Positions 10,484 to 19,683 of a stretch of 64,000 nt of DNA are shown in pieces (within the stretch, counting starts at the first letter, position 1; the number at the start of each line of letters is the position of its first letter). The translations under genes and the position numbers were made by a program. The stretch spans positions 2,208,819-2,272,818 of the forward strand of contig OZ253466.1 in NCBI GenBank assembly GCA_965261605.1, given 5' to 3'. Below the pieces are notes generated by a model that saw nothing but the letters and a program-made list of their open reading frames with translations, searched no databases and was not told the DNA's origin. Source of the DNA: Dehalococcoidia bacterium (GTDB lineage: Bacteria; Chloroflexota; Dehalococcoidia; Lucifugimonadales; UBA2985).

Positions 10484-10915
10484 CTAGACCGTTGGGCTGC
10501 CCAGGCCTCCAAGGGAAGCGGGCTGCGCCTCGTCCTCGCCGGGCCACGGAGGTGAGGTGAAGCATAGGAAGGTCAGCGCGGACTCTCCGGCTGCGAACTG
10601 AAAGCTCCACCCGGTTGGGATTACCAGCGCGTCTCCCGGGCCGACCTCCACGGGCTTTACTGTTGCGGCGTCCTTGTCCGGCGGGCAGCGCCACACTCTG
10701 CCGACCCCTTTAATCACGTACCATAGCTCCTCGACGCTGCGATGCCACACCGGACGGGACACTTCCCGGGCTCCCAGCGTCACTTCACATAAGGACGCCT
10801 TGGTTGCGGCCTCCGGCTCGCCCAGCAGCAGCCGTATCTCGGAGCCGTCGGGTGCAAGGGTGTCCGGGGTCTCGGCCCGGCGGCCGACCGCGGGAACATT
10901 GCTGTCTTCGGTCAT
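10484..10915 (-). CDS. cupin-domain protein
   Basis: Cupin beta-barrel-like core (WHRSVEELWYVIKGVGRVW...PGDALVIPTGWSFQF). Its start abuts the stop of the upstream nucleotidase gene. Confidence 0.6.
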   Translation of the reverse strand: MTEDSNVPAVGRRAETPDTLAPDGSEIRLLLGEPEAATKASLCEVTLGAREVSRPVWHRSVEELWYVIKGVGRVWRCPPDKDAATVKPVEVGPGDALVIPTGWSFQFAAGESALTFLCFTSPPWPGEDEAQPASLGGLGSPTV

Positions 10916-13195
10916 TTACGCAACCTCCTGCTCGAACACGGTGTCCTCTTTGTCGGGAATGCTGAGGTCCTGGATGCGCCGGTCTTCAATGGGTGGCGTC
11001 TCCGCCTGGTCGAAGGGGGTATCGCTGTAGAAGTGGGCCAGGTACTCCGCCAGAGCGTCCTGCTCGGACCCCGTCCTGGCGAAGTCGGCGAGGCCGGGGT
11101 CAGTCTGTACCGCCTCGTCCAGGAAGCCGTTCCCGTTGGTGTCCGGGAAGCTGGGGTCCGGAGCGTTAAGCTGGCCGCCCTCGCCCGCAAGATCAAATCT
11201 GTCGGCGGTGGGGACTGGGAAGGGGTAGCTGTCGCCGCCGTTCGCCAGGAAGTCCAGAGTGACCACCTTTATCAGGCGCTCCGGGTCGCCTGCCAGAGCG
11301 CCATCCTCAACCACGCGGTCGACTACCGCGCCGTTTTCGTCCACGATAGCCAGAGAGCGGACGCGCTCGCCTGCGGGCGCGGTTGGATCGAAGCTGAAGC
11401 GCATCCCTCCAACTTGGGGAAACCGCCCCTCGGTTGCCTCTCCGACGCCTTCAAAACCGATTGTGTGCTCCACCACTTCGACGAGCTGCCGCGCGGTCAC
11501 CGGAACTATCGCCAGCCCGTTGTTGAAGCGCACTGCGCCCTCTACTTTGAACTGTGAGATGTCGCCCTCCTCCTTGTTGGAGTCCGGGTTGGCCGGCGGC
11601 GGCAGGAGCACTACATCTGTCGGACTGGTAGTACCGGGCGGCTGTACCTTCAGGCCTATGCTGTCGCGTATTCCGCCTCCGTTCTTCAGGGAGACCGCTA
11701 CCTCAGGGTCAAACTGCCGGGCATACCACAGGTTCGCGTCGGCGGTGAGATTGCCCAGGTTGGTCTCCTGGGTGCGCACATCCCGCCTGTCGCCCGCCAG
11801 GAAGACGCCAGTCTTCCCCAGAATATTGCCGTCGCGGCTTCTGAGCACGTTTCGCAGGGACTCGGCTATTCTGGTCACCTCCGTGATGGGCCGCCCGGCG
11901 AATGCCTGGCCTCCTTGCGTGTCCGTGGCGTAGGCGCCGCTTACGTAGGGATCAATGGAGTCTGGGAGCGCAAGGCCCTGCGCGTCGAACTCTACCACCA
12001 GACGCCCAAGGTACCGGTAGTCGGCGTCGGTATTGACTAGGAGCACGGGCTCGCCCTTGGGGGACTCGAAGGGCAGGGGATAGGTCCCTGCGGCATTGTC
12101 TCCAATGCGCAGTCGGTCTGTAGAGTCCGCCAGAATCGTATTTGACCCTCCGGCAACTATGATATCGACGTCCACCAGCTTTGTCGCCAACTCTTTCTCG
12201 ATGTCGATACGCTGCATATGCGCCAGCAGAATGACCTTGTCGATGCCCTGACCCACCAGCGCGTCGACCTCCTGCTGGATGATGGCGGCCAGTCCATCAA
12301 TGTTCTCTTCAGTTGCGGGCAGCACCTCGATGCCGCTGGCAGCTGTTATGCTCTTCAGGGTCGGCGTAGTTGCTCCCACAACCCCGATACGCTCGCCGCC
12401 GACGGTGATGACTGCGCTCTTCGCGAGTCCTCCCCCTGCGAGCCAGGCCTCCTGACCGTCGGGCGCCACCATATCCGTCAGGTCCTCATCAGCGGCAAAC
12501 ACGAGGTTGCTGGACAGGTAGGGGAACATGGCGCCTGGGTAGAGGGAGCCGTCTTCGGTCTCGGAGCCTATCGCCGCGGCAAAAGCTCCGACGCCGCGAT
12601 CAAGCTCGTGGGTGCCCACTGCGGACGCCTGGAAGCCCATTGCGTTGAGGAAGGCGATGTCCCCGCGGCCTTCCCCTGGCACGCCCAGCACATGAGCCAT
12701 CGCGCCGTCGGTAGCGGCGTAGTAGCGCGGCCCAGGGATGTAGTTATCTCCTGAGCTCAGTACCAGGGTGTTGTTGGGGAGCTGCCGCCTGAAGCCGTCC
12801 AGAATAGCAGAGAAGTTCTCCACGTCAGCCAGCGCCCCTACGGAGCCGTCCATGTCCGAGACGTGCAGCAGCTGCAATGTGAAGGTCTCCTCATACTGCT
12901 GCTCCAGAATGTCTGTGATAATGTTGAGTTGCTTTTCCAGTTCATCGGCTTCCGCAGCGGTTTGGTTCACGGCTTCAGTGAGCTTCGAGTCCTTATCCAA
13001 TACGTCTTCCGCCTGCTGGTCAGCGTCTGCCTCATACTGAGCCAGGTCCGCTCTGAGTGACTCGACCTCCTGCTGGAGGGAGTTGACTGCATTTTGCAGC
13101 TCCGTCAATTCCTCCGAGTCCTGTCCTCCGCAAGACACGGAGAACAGGATGGCAAGAGAGGCAAGCCCGATTACCAGTATGCGTCTGATCATCAT
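10916..13195 (-). CDS. metallophosphoesterase / 5'-nucleotidase-family lipoprotein with an N-terminal coiled coil
   Basis: Lipobox (FSVSCGG), an E/Q/A-rich coiled coil of about 90 aa, calcineurin-like motifs (LLHVSDMDG, SSGDNYIPGP, GTHELD), and a 5'-nucleotidase C-terminal domain. Confidence 0.8.
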   Translation of the reverse strand: MMIRRILVIGLASLAILFSVSCGGQDSEELTELQNAVNSLQQEVESLRADLAQYEADADQQAEDVLDKDSKLTEAVNQTAAEADELEKQLNIITDILEQQYEETFTLQLLHVSDMDGSVGALADVENFSAILDGFRRQLPNNTLVLSSGDNYIPGPRYYAATDGAMAHVLGVPGEGRGDIAFLNAMGFQASAVGTHELDRGVGAFAAAIGSETEDGSLYPGAMFPYLSSNLVFAADEDLTDMVAPDGQEAWLAGGGLAKSAVITVGGERIGVVGATTPTLKSITAASGIEVLPATEENIDGLAAIIQQEVDALVGQGIDKVILLAHMQRIDIEKELATKLVDVDIIVAGGSNTILADSTDRLRIGDNAAGTYPLPFESPKGEPVLLVNTDADYRYLGRLVVEFDAQGLALPDSIDPYVSGAYATDTQGGQAFAGRPITEVTRIAESLRNVLRSRDGNILGKTGVFLAGDRRDVRTQETNLGNLTADANLWYARQFDPEVAVSLKNGGGIRDSIGLKVQPPGTTSPTDVVLLPPPANPDSNKEEGDISQFKVEGAVRFNNGLAIVPVTARQLVEVVEHTIGFEGVGEATEGRFPQVGGMRFSFDPTAPAGERVRSLAIVDENGAVVDRVVEDGALAGDPERLIKVVTLDFLANGGDSYPFPVPTADRFDLAGEGGQLNAPDPSFPDTNGNGFLDEAVQTDPGLADFARTGSEQDALAEYLAHFYSDTPFDQAETPPIEDRRIQDLSIPDKEDTVFEQEVA

Positions 13196-13447
13196 AGATT
13201 CATCTCCCTAATCGTCGGTCTCAACCGCGACAGTATACTCGGATGAGCCGCGGGCCTGAGAGGTAGTTTGAGATAAGCTCTGACTACGTGTCAACAGGTG
13301 AGATGTGAGGAGCCTTCACTTCCCAGTCGTACCTACGGGATTCAACCGAAGCGACCCTCAATGGGGTGGACAGCATAGATTTCACCTGTTATCCTCAACA
13401 CTTGAAACCGACCTTAATCGAGGGAGATAGGGACATATAGAGGCGTA

Positions 13448-14140
13448 ATGAACATCCTCACTGGCATACCGAGATGGCTGCCCCTGGCTTTATGCGTGTC
13501 TATGGCCGCCGTTCTGCTCGTCGGCTGTGGCAGCGAATCGCCCGCCACCAGTGCGCCGACTGCTCTCCCCACCTCCGCACCGACTGCTCTCCCCACCTCC
13601 ACGCTCACCGCCCCTGGCACATCTGCGGAAACACAACCACCCACAGCGGCGCCTACAACCGTTTCACCACCTGAACCAACCTCACTACCCACCCAAGCGC
13701 CGGTGGATGTAGGCCACCAACCGGGACAGAAGGCCCCGGATTTCGCCCTGACCACTGTGGATGGTGAGCAGGTTACTCTGGTCAGCCTGCAGGGCCAACC
13801 GGTGGTCCTCTACTTCTACGCCACTTGGTGACCAACCTGCCGTGCCTCGTTGAGGCAACTGAAGGAGGTTCACCCCGAATACGCTGACCGCTTGGGCTTT
13901 CTTGCGGTGAACGTGGACCCCTCTGAGAGCGTAGAAAAGATACTGTCTTACAAGGCGTCCGAGGGATACACCTGGGACATGACCTCCGCCGACTTAGACA
14001 TGCTGAAGAGCTACAACGTCACTCGTCAAGCTGCCTATGCCACCATCGATGCCAGCGGCATCGTTGTGTCCGGTGTCACCTACGGAAGCGAGTCTGCTGA
14101 AAGCTGGCGAGAGCTTTTCGATTCCCTGCTCAACCACTGA
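13448..14140 (+). CDS. TlpA/ResA-like thiol-disulfide oxidoreductase lipoprotein, putative selenoprotein (TGA 13829-13831 read as Sec in a W-U-P-T-C motif)
   Basis: ORFs 13448-13831 and 13850-14140 share one frame and are separated only by one TGA. Read through, the junction is VVLYFYATW-U-PTCRASL, which puts the TGA at the first Cys of WCxxC. Lipobox LLVGCGS and a Pro/Ala/Thr linker are present. Confidence 0.6.
13553..13600 (+). repeat. in-frame 24-bp tandem duplication inside the linker of the TlpA-like gene
   Basis: Two adjacent 24-nt units (gcGccgactgctctccccacctcc / gcAccgactgctctccccacctcc) are 23/24 identical and encode (S)APTALPT twice. Confidence 0.9.
13836..13868 (+). promoter_or_regulatory. 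candidate bacterial SECIS hairpin
   Basis: It starts 5 nt after the TGA. The lower stem is CCU(G)CC / GGAGG, and the apical stem is UGCCUC / GAGGCA with loop GUU. The loop G lies about 20 nt from the UGA, similar to fdhF-type SECIS spacing. Confidence 0.4.
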
Positions 14141-14489
14141 TCCTCACCTGTCTGTAGGACTCCAGCAAACGTGGGGCGCCCAAAAGGGTTGACGCCCTCT
14201 TACGTAAACGGCGTGAGTCTATATCCCAAGTCTTCCTTAAGAGGGTACGCGGCAAAGAGCAATGCCCTCAATTGTTGGATGGGGCAGTGGCGGCGGACAT
14301 GTGAGATTGAGCCAAGGCCTCCCGCTTGTTCTTATCGTCCAATGTACCGCGTCTGTCCGGAACCAGGCAGACAAGTCGCCAGATTCCTACACAGGGATCA
14401 TGTCTTGCCCGATTATCCCTTGCGCCTGTGATCCATTCACATCGCTACACTGGATACTGAACTGACCGGGATAGAGGAGACCCGAAGAT

Positions 14490-15206
14490 ATGGACAGCAT
14501 ACGTCAACCAATGGAGACCCCAATAGGCCAGCCTAAGGACTCCGCTGCGCGCAGAGCGGGGCTATTTCTGCTGCTGACGGCGGCGGCCACCGTTGTTATG
14601 GTGTACGCCCGCGTCTCCGCGGACGCCGACCAACCAACTCTGCTGGAGTCGCTGCGGGCAATCGCCGCGAGCAAGGCCATGTACAGCCTCAGCGGCGCTG
14701 CCCGGTTCATCTCCGGAGTAACGCTCATCGCCGGGGCGTGGTTCCTGTTGAGAACCAGGGTCATTCTAGGGGGATTTGGGATTCCCATTGTCCCGTACCT
14801 GTTCGTAGCGTCGGGAGCATTCACGGCCGTATCCGGCGCCTGCGCGCTGGCGCTGGCGGCATCCGCGCCGGATGCACCCGGGGCCGCTGCCCTCAGCGCC
14901 GTGGACTCATCAACAGAGATCGTAGCCTATCTCCGGTGGCTCACCGGCAAGATAGGTTTCTCTGTAGCAGGGTTGGCGCTGGGGTTTGCGGCGCATCGCC
15001 AGTGGAAGGACGGCGGTGCGATAAGGCGTATTGCGCCTGCGTCGGTGTCGATTGGTATCGGGATGCAGTTCATATGGGTGGACGCCGCGACAATCATGCA
15101 TCGAATCACGGGTGTCACCTTCTTCGTGTGGTTGATCGTCATCGGCGTCGTGCTGCTTACGGGCAGGGTAGAGCAGCGCTTCGCCGCAATGCACGATTCA
15201 CCCTAG
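14490..15206 (+). CDS. integral membrane protein, function unknown
   Basis: 238 aa with several hydrophobic helices. I recognise no motif. Confidence 0.5.
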   Translation: MDSIRQPMETPIGQPKDSAARRAGLFLLLTAAATVVMVYARVSADADQPTLLESLRAIAASKAMYSLSGAARFISGVTLIAGAWFLLRTRVILGGFGIPIVPYLFVASGAFTAVSGACALALAASAPDAPGAAALSAVDSSTEIVAYLRWLTGKIGFSVAGLALGFAAHRQWKDGGAIRRIAPASVSIGIGMQFIWVDAATIMHRITGVTFFVWLIVIGVVLLTGRVEQRFAAMHDSP

Positions 15207-15274
15207 GAGCCTGTCCGAGAAACACGGTTGGCGAGTGGTTGGGTGTATGATGGGTCCAGTCCAGTAGCGGGGAG

Positions 15275-16747
15275 TTGTTGATGAGCAAGACCTACCTTCC
15301 CTACGAACCCGACCAGCAGTTGCTGTTGCCGGCGGCGTTGCAGGAGTGGTTGCCTGACGACCATCTGGCCTACTTCATATCCGACGTGGTGGACCAGTTG
15401 GACATGTCAGAGGTCACCGCTCGCTACGAGCGGGAACGGCGTGGCGGGCCTCCGTATCATCCACGGATGATGGTCAAGGCGCTGCTCTACGGCTACTGCG
15501 TCGGGGTGGCGTCCTCACGCCGCATCGCCCAGCGTCTCCACGAGGACATCGCCTTCAGGGTGTTGGCGGCGAACAACACACCGGACTTCCGGACCATCTC
15601 CGACTTTCGCAAGGATAATCTGGATGCGCTGTCGGGCCTGTTCATACAGGTACTGGCGTTGTGCCAGCAGGCGGGGCTGGTGAAGCTGGGGCACGTGGCG
15701 CTGGACGGCACGAAGGTCAAGGCCAACGCATCGAAGCATAAGGCGATGAGTTATGGACGCATGAAGGAGAGGGAAGCGCAGTTGGCGGCGGAGGTAGCGG
15801 AGTTGTTGCGACAGGCTCAGGCAACGGATGAAGAGGAAGACCGGCGGTACGGCAAAGACAAGCGTGGAGATGAGTTGCCGGAGGAGTTGGCCTTTCGAGA
15901 GGGTCGGTTGGAGAAGATACGGGAAGCCATGGCGGCGCTGGAAGCCGAGGCGCAGGCGGCTGCCGAACAGGCCGAGACCGAAGGTGGTAAGCTCCCGGGT
16001 GTGCCCGATGACAAGGCCCAGCGCAACTTCACCGATACTGAGTCGCGCATCATCCCCGCGCCTGGAGGAAAGGACTTCCTGCAAGGGTACAACTGTCAGG
16101 CGGTGGTGGACAGCGCTCACCAGGTGATCGTGGCGGCGCGGGCCACCAACCAGACTTCGGATAAGCAACAGGCTGCGGCGATGATGGAGGAGACCATCGA
16201 CAACGTCGGCGCAGTCCCCAGGGAAGTATCCGCCGATGCCGGCTACTACTCGGCAAAGGCAGTCGACGAGCTTTATGCTCTGGGCGTGGACCCGTTCGTC
16301 GCGCCGGAGCAGACCCGCCACGGCCGGGTTGTGCCACCCGCGCCCCGAGGTCGCATACCCAGCCATCTGTCCCCCAGGGACCGGATGCGACGGAAGTTAC
16401 AGACCAAGCGGGGTCGGCAGCGCTACGCTTTGCGGATGCAAACTGTGGAGCCGGTATTCGGTCAGATCAAGCAGGGCCGGGGATTCCGGCAGTTCCTGCT
16501 GCGGGGACTGGAGAAGGTGAACGGCGAATGGTCGCTGATCTGCACGGGCCACAACCTGCTCAAACTGTTCCGCTTTGGGGTCAATCTGCACAGGAAAGCA
16601 CGGGGCGATGGGCCAGCCCAACGCATCAGGAACTTTTGCCGAGGTAGTGAGCACGGCGCTATTCGCAAAGCTATCTGGGATCTGGCCGGGGCAACCGGCA
16701 CAATTAATTGTCGCGATCCATTGTCGCTGACCCGCAAGCACCGTTAG
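15275..16747 (+). CDS. IS1182-family (IS5-like, DUF772 plus DDE) transposase
   Basis: N-terminus (LPYEPDQQLLLP...WLPDDHLAYFI...YHPRMMVKALLYGY) and DDE region (HVALDGTKVKANAS...ADAGY). The IS ends and inverted repeats were not identified. Confidence 0.8.
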   Translation: MLMSKTYLPYEPDQQLLLPAALQEWLPDDHLAYFISDVVDQLDMSEVTARYERERRGGPPYHPRMMVKALLYGYCVGVASSRRIAQRLHEDIAFRVLAANNTPDFRTISDFRKDNLDALSGLFIQVLALCQQAGLVKLGHVALDGTKVKANASKHKAMSYGRMKEREAQLAAEVAELLRQAQATDEEEDRRYGKDKRGDELPEELAFREGRLEKIREAMAALEAEAQAAAEQAETEGGKLPGVPDDKAQRNFTDTESRIIPAPGGKDFLQGYNCQAVVDSAHQVIVAARATNQTSDKQQAAAMMEETIDNVGAVPREVSADAGYYSAKAVDELYALGVDPFVAPEQTRHGRVVPPAPRGRIPSHLSPRDRMRRKLQTKRGRQRYALRMQTVEPVFGQIKQGRGFRQFLLRGLEKVNGEWSLICTGHNLLKLFRFGVNLHRKARGDGPAQRIRNFCRGSEHGAIRKAIWDLAGATGTINCRDPLSLTRKHR

Positions 16748-17931
16748 ATAATCCTCGGACGGGCTGCTAGTTCGCCACTCACTCTAGTTCGAACCGAAAA
16801 ACCTATGGCCAGCAGAACAGGATTCCATCCAGGCCCTGACAGGATCGTCGCTCTAATGTCCGAGTTGGTTGTCTCATGCTTCGAGGACTCATAGAACATC
16901 GTCTCGACGAATTTCGGTCGCTGATTGAACTCAGCAGCAGGAAACTCCCGTCGGATTTCAGCGTGCAACGGCTCCAACAATTCCTGTAAGCGTCGAACTG
17001 CTGCCTGGAAGCACTGTCGCTGCGTGGCTTCCTCGTTGACTTGGCGCAGCCTTGGCTCAGCTGTCTCACGGAGTCTGCTCCACATGGCCGACAAGTCTAC
17101 CGATTGTTGTGGAGTTGCCTCATCCAGAGCCAGCCAAGCGTGGAGCTCCTCCGTGACCTGCCTCATCGAGGGACGCTTCGAAGGCTCATGCCGCGTGCAC
17201 CGCTCGATAAGCTCATCAAGGTGACGCGCGAGCGGGTGTGGCCGGATACTCGCGATTGAGTACGCGCTATTCGAAGCATGTTGCTCCCCCTGTGGGGGCC
17301 ACCGCTGGTCCGTGCACAAGACCCACAGAGTTTTCGCCAGCGAAAAAACATCCGCTGGCGCGGGATCGGCATGCGTCGAGTCAGCGATCATCTCATACGC
17401 TAGGAAGTATTTCGGCCCTAGCGGTCGACCGGAAACAGTTAGATCATTGGCGTCGGGGAGATCCACGAGGCCAAAGTCTGAGATTGCAAGATGTCCATCA
17501 AGCAGATGCAGATTCGAGGGTTTGATGTCCCGATGGTGTATATGAAGGCGCTCGTGTAAGTCCGCCAGCGTATCCGAGATTTCGGCAACTGCGGTCACTA
17601 CTTCGCGAAGCGCCGACTGCGAAAGCGACTCAGCGATAGGCATCGCAATGGGCATCGCCAGCCATGCTGGGAGTGCTCTGGATGGCGCTTTGGGGAGGCT
17701 CGCATCTAGCAGTGGCATGATGCAGGGATGGGAACCGATCTGCCTCAGCGCTTGGATTTCCTGACAAAAGCGCTGGTATGGCTCTGAATCCGTTTTGTGC
17801 CTGTGTAGAATCTTGAGCGCAACGTCCGCATCGCCGTCACGCGCTCTCCAGACCTCTGCGTTACCGCCTTCCCCTAGGGGGTCAACGAGCACCCATTTCC
17901 CAACGACATCTCCCTTGCTACGACCAGGCAT
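16744..17931 (-). CDS. Ser/Thr protein kinase with a C-terminal domain of about 120 aa of unknown function
   Basis: Gly-loop LGEGGNAEVW, VALK, catalytic loop HHRDIKPSNL, and DFG-like SDFG. The likely start is MPGRSKGD at 17931. The stop lies 3 nt from the converging transposase stop. Confidence 0.8.
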   Translation of the reverse strand: MPGRSKGDVVGKWVLVDPLGEGGNAEVWRARDGDADVALKILHRHKTDSEPYQRFCQEIQALRQIGSHPCIMPLLDASLPKAPSRALPAWLAMPIAMPIAESLSQSALREVVTAVAEISDTLADLHERLHIHHRDIKPSNLHLLDGHLAISDFGLVDLPDANDLTVSGRPLGPKYFLAYEMIADSTHADPAPADVFSLAKTLWVLCTDQRWPPQGEQHASNSAYSIASIRPHPLARHLDELIERCTRHEPSKRPSMRQVTEELHAWLALDEATPQQSVDLSAMWSRLRETAEPRLRQVNEEATQRQCFQAAVRRLQELLEPLHAEIRREFPAAEFNQRPKFVETMFYESSKHETTNSDIRATILSGPGWNPVLLAIGFSVRTRVSGELAARPRII

Positions 17932-18397
17932 CTGAGATTGTTCCACAGCTGAGGCAGTGCACTGATCGACGCCACGCCTCATTAACCTTGATGGGTTCCT
18001 TGGGGTGGCAAGAAAAGGTGACCTGCCTCATATCATCGGGTTCGAATACAGGTGGCGCCTGGCGTCGTTTGGGAGGTTCAATACTGGCGGTGATCTCAAT
18101 TAGCCCCCCAGACGATCGGTTCAACTGCCGAACGGATTCTGCTAGCTCCTCGAATGAAGGACCAAATACCTCGTCGAAAACCGCTGCGTCGATGTACGCT
18201 CGTTGCTCCAAGGTAAACCAGTCGTTGGGTGCTGCGGACGCCCCGCAGTAAGGGCAGAAATATTCTTCCGGAGAAGGAGATGCGGCATCTCCTTCTACCG
18301 ACAACCACTTAAACTCTCCCCCGCAGGCAGAACAAGCACGGCGAAGGAAGCCTTGGGAATCGAGAGGAAAACTGACTGAAAGCTCTATCTCACTCAC
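17918..18397 (-). CDS. zinc-ribbon protein of unknown function, first gene of the kinase operon
   Basis: CxxC...CPYC pairs (CSACGG...CPYCGAS) and a C-terminal CLSCG. It overlaps the likely kinase start by 14 nt. Confidence 0.5.
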   Translation of the reverse strand: MSEIELSVSFPLDSQGFLRRACSACGGEFKWLSVEGDAASPSPEEYFCPYCGASAAPNDWFTLEQRAYIDAAVFDEVFGPSFEELAESVRQLNRSSGGLIEITASIEPPKRRQAPPVFEPDDMRQVTFSCHPKEPIKVNEAWRRSVHCLSCGTISDAWS

Positions 18398-18433
18398 GGG
18401 GCCTTAGCCTCACCTTTGCTCATCAAAATCAGT

Positions 18434-18811
18434 TCACTGTCCGTAGCTTCGGATGTGGACATCGCGGGATTCTCCAATGTTCCGATTATTCTCTATCCGG
18501 TCGCGCTTATCAGCTACTGTTTGGTGATCGGATTGATGCCGCTGCACAGCATCCAGGAAAGCACCCTCCGCGTCTCGGATGGCTTTGCTACGGATTCTGT
18601 CGGCCTCGTCAACCGCCTTGCCGTACACTTCGTCTGCGTCCTCGACAGCCTCGGTGTAGACGACAAGATGATCAAGGATGGTGACCTCGTGTTCCTCTTG
18701 ATCACCTCGCGCTGTCTGCGCCATGGCCCGGAACTCCGGAATCAAATCGTTGTGGATGACCAGGATATGAGGGTTGCCGTTGCCGGTGAAATCCCAGTTG
18801 GAGACCCGCAC
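18434..18811 (-). CDS. hypothetical protein; the frame stays open upstream to about 18955, so it may be a 5'-disrupted longer gene
   Basis: 125-aa ORF starting at GTG. The same frame is open and coding-like for 48 more codons, up to a TGA that overlaps an out-of-frame ATG preceded by an SD. Confidence 0.35.
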   Translation of the reverse strand: MRVSNWDFTGNGNPHILVIHNDLIPEFRAMAQTARGDQEEHEVTILDHLVVYTEAVEDADEVYGKAVDEADRIRSKAIRDAEGAFLDAVQRHQSDHQTVADKRDRIENNRNIGESRDVHIRSYGQ

Positions 18812-19095
18812 CGCCCAGCCGGAGTTGACGGCGTGGGGGAGGTCGTACCCCTCCCCTGCACAGATGGGGCGGAAGGGGGACCATTCCTCGCGGGGGACGA
18901 TGGGACGACCGGGGCGACCAAGGGGATACTCGCTAACGTCCGGGTTGCGGTTTGTTAAAGGGTTGCTCCTTCATGCAAATGAATTTGGCCTTGACAGTTA
19001 GGCGGGAGGTCCGACTTCAGACCGCCCGCCTTGGGTGATGTGAGCACTCTTACACCAACTCAGATTATACTAGATATCGCAACTTCGAGGGAAAA

Positions 19096-19131
19096 GTGGA
19101 ACCCCGCCAGCGCGCGCTGGCGGGGTTCCAC
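19096..19131. terminator. bidirectional intrinsic terminator
   Basis: Perfect 17-bp stem GTGGAACCCCGCCAGCG / CGCTGGCGGGGTTCCAC with a 2-nt loop, flanked by GAAAA upstream and TTTG downstream. Confidence 0.6.
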
Positions 19132-19482
19132 TTTGTCTGATGGGAGTTGCGCAATTTTCTCTGAGTCGGTTCCAAGACCGAACCCGGTCTGAATCATTGC
19201 TGCCCTGATGGGCTTGGAGCAGCCTTGCGTTCTCTCGTTTCGGCACCACATCGACCACTAGCATTACTTGGAGCCACATCCTGACCGATTAGTTTACGGG
19301 GAGCGGCAGCCGGACCCATAAAGGCATGTGGACGCTTACTTTATGCTCAAACCTAGCTATAAGGCCCGCCTTTTCGGAAGCAGAGAGTTCTTCAAACGGA
19401 CGGTTCAGCACGGCCTCGCTGAATAGGTTGCAGATTCACCCAGCCCCCAAATTGGGCATTTCAACCCGCACACTAATACTAG

Positions 19483-19683
19483 TTATGTAGAGTCGTCGCC
19501 TTCTCCAGCGTCTGCAGACTCGCTTACATTGTCCCGCTTAGCCCATCCCGCGTGATCCGAAAAGGACGCAATAATATTGCGGGTTGCGTCCATGAAAAGC
19601 ACCTGAGTGGACCTAACTACAACGGTGTTTGCTCGTACAATCACCGTGCGGCCGTCCTTCAGCCATACCATATACTCATTCAC
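19483..19683 (-). CDS. small hypothetical protein (about 66 aa)
   Basis: A GTG start lies 7 nt after a GGGAG SD. The long N-terminal extension in the ORF track looks non-coding. Confidence 0.3.
   Translation of the reverse strand: MNEYMVWLKDGRTVIVRANTVVVRSTQVLFMDATRNIIASFSDHAGWAKRDNVSESADAGEGDDST

Noticed and set aside
13553-13600. A 24-bp tandem repeat considered as a CRISPR or regulatory repeat.
   Set aside because: There are only two copies, they are contiguous with no spacer, and they lie in-frame inside a coding Pro/Ala/Thr linker.
13829-13831. The TGA in the TlpA-like gene read as a plain nonsense mutation, a sequencing error, or a boundary between two genes.
   Set aside because: This is less likely than Sec, because the codon falls exactly on the CxxC nucleophile and a SECIS-like hairpin follows. 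It is not excluded, because no sel genes can be seen in this window.
15515-16741. Minus-strand ORFs inside the IS1182 transposase gene.
   Set aside because: They are antisense to a well-supported transposase.
15207-16800. Terminal inverted repeats or target-site duplications of the IS1182-type element.
   Set aside because: Only short shared words were found (GTCCGAG, TGGCGA), and their order is not that of an inverted repeat. The element ends are left undefined.
18930-18945. A CCCTTTA heptamer considered as a programmed -1 frameshift site linking the short ATG ORF to the long frame.
   Set aside because: The heptamer is not in the X_XXY_YYZ register. The required shift is +1, not -1, so a simple indel is the more likely explanation.
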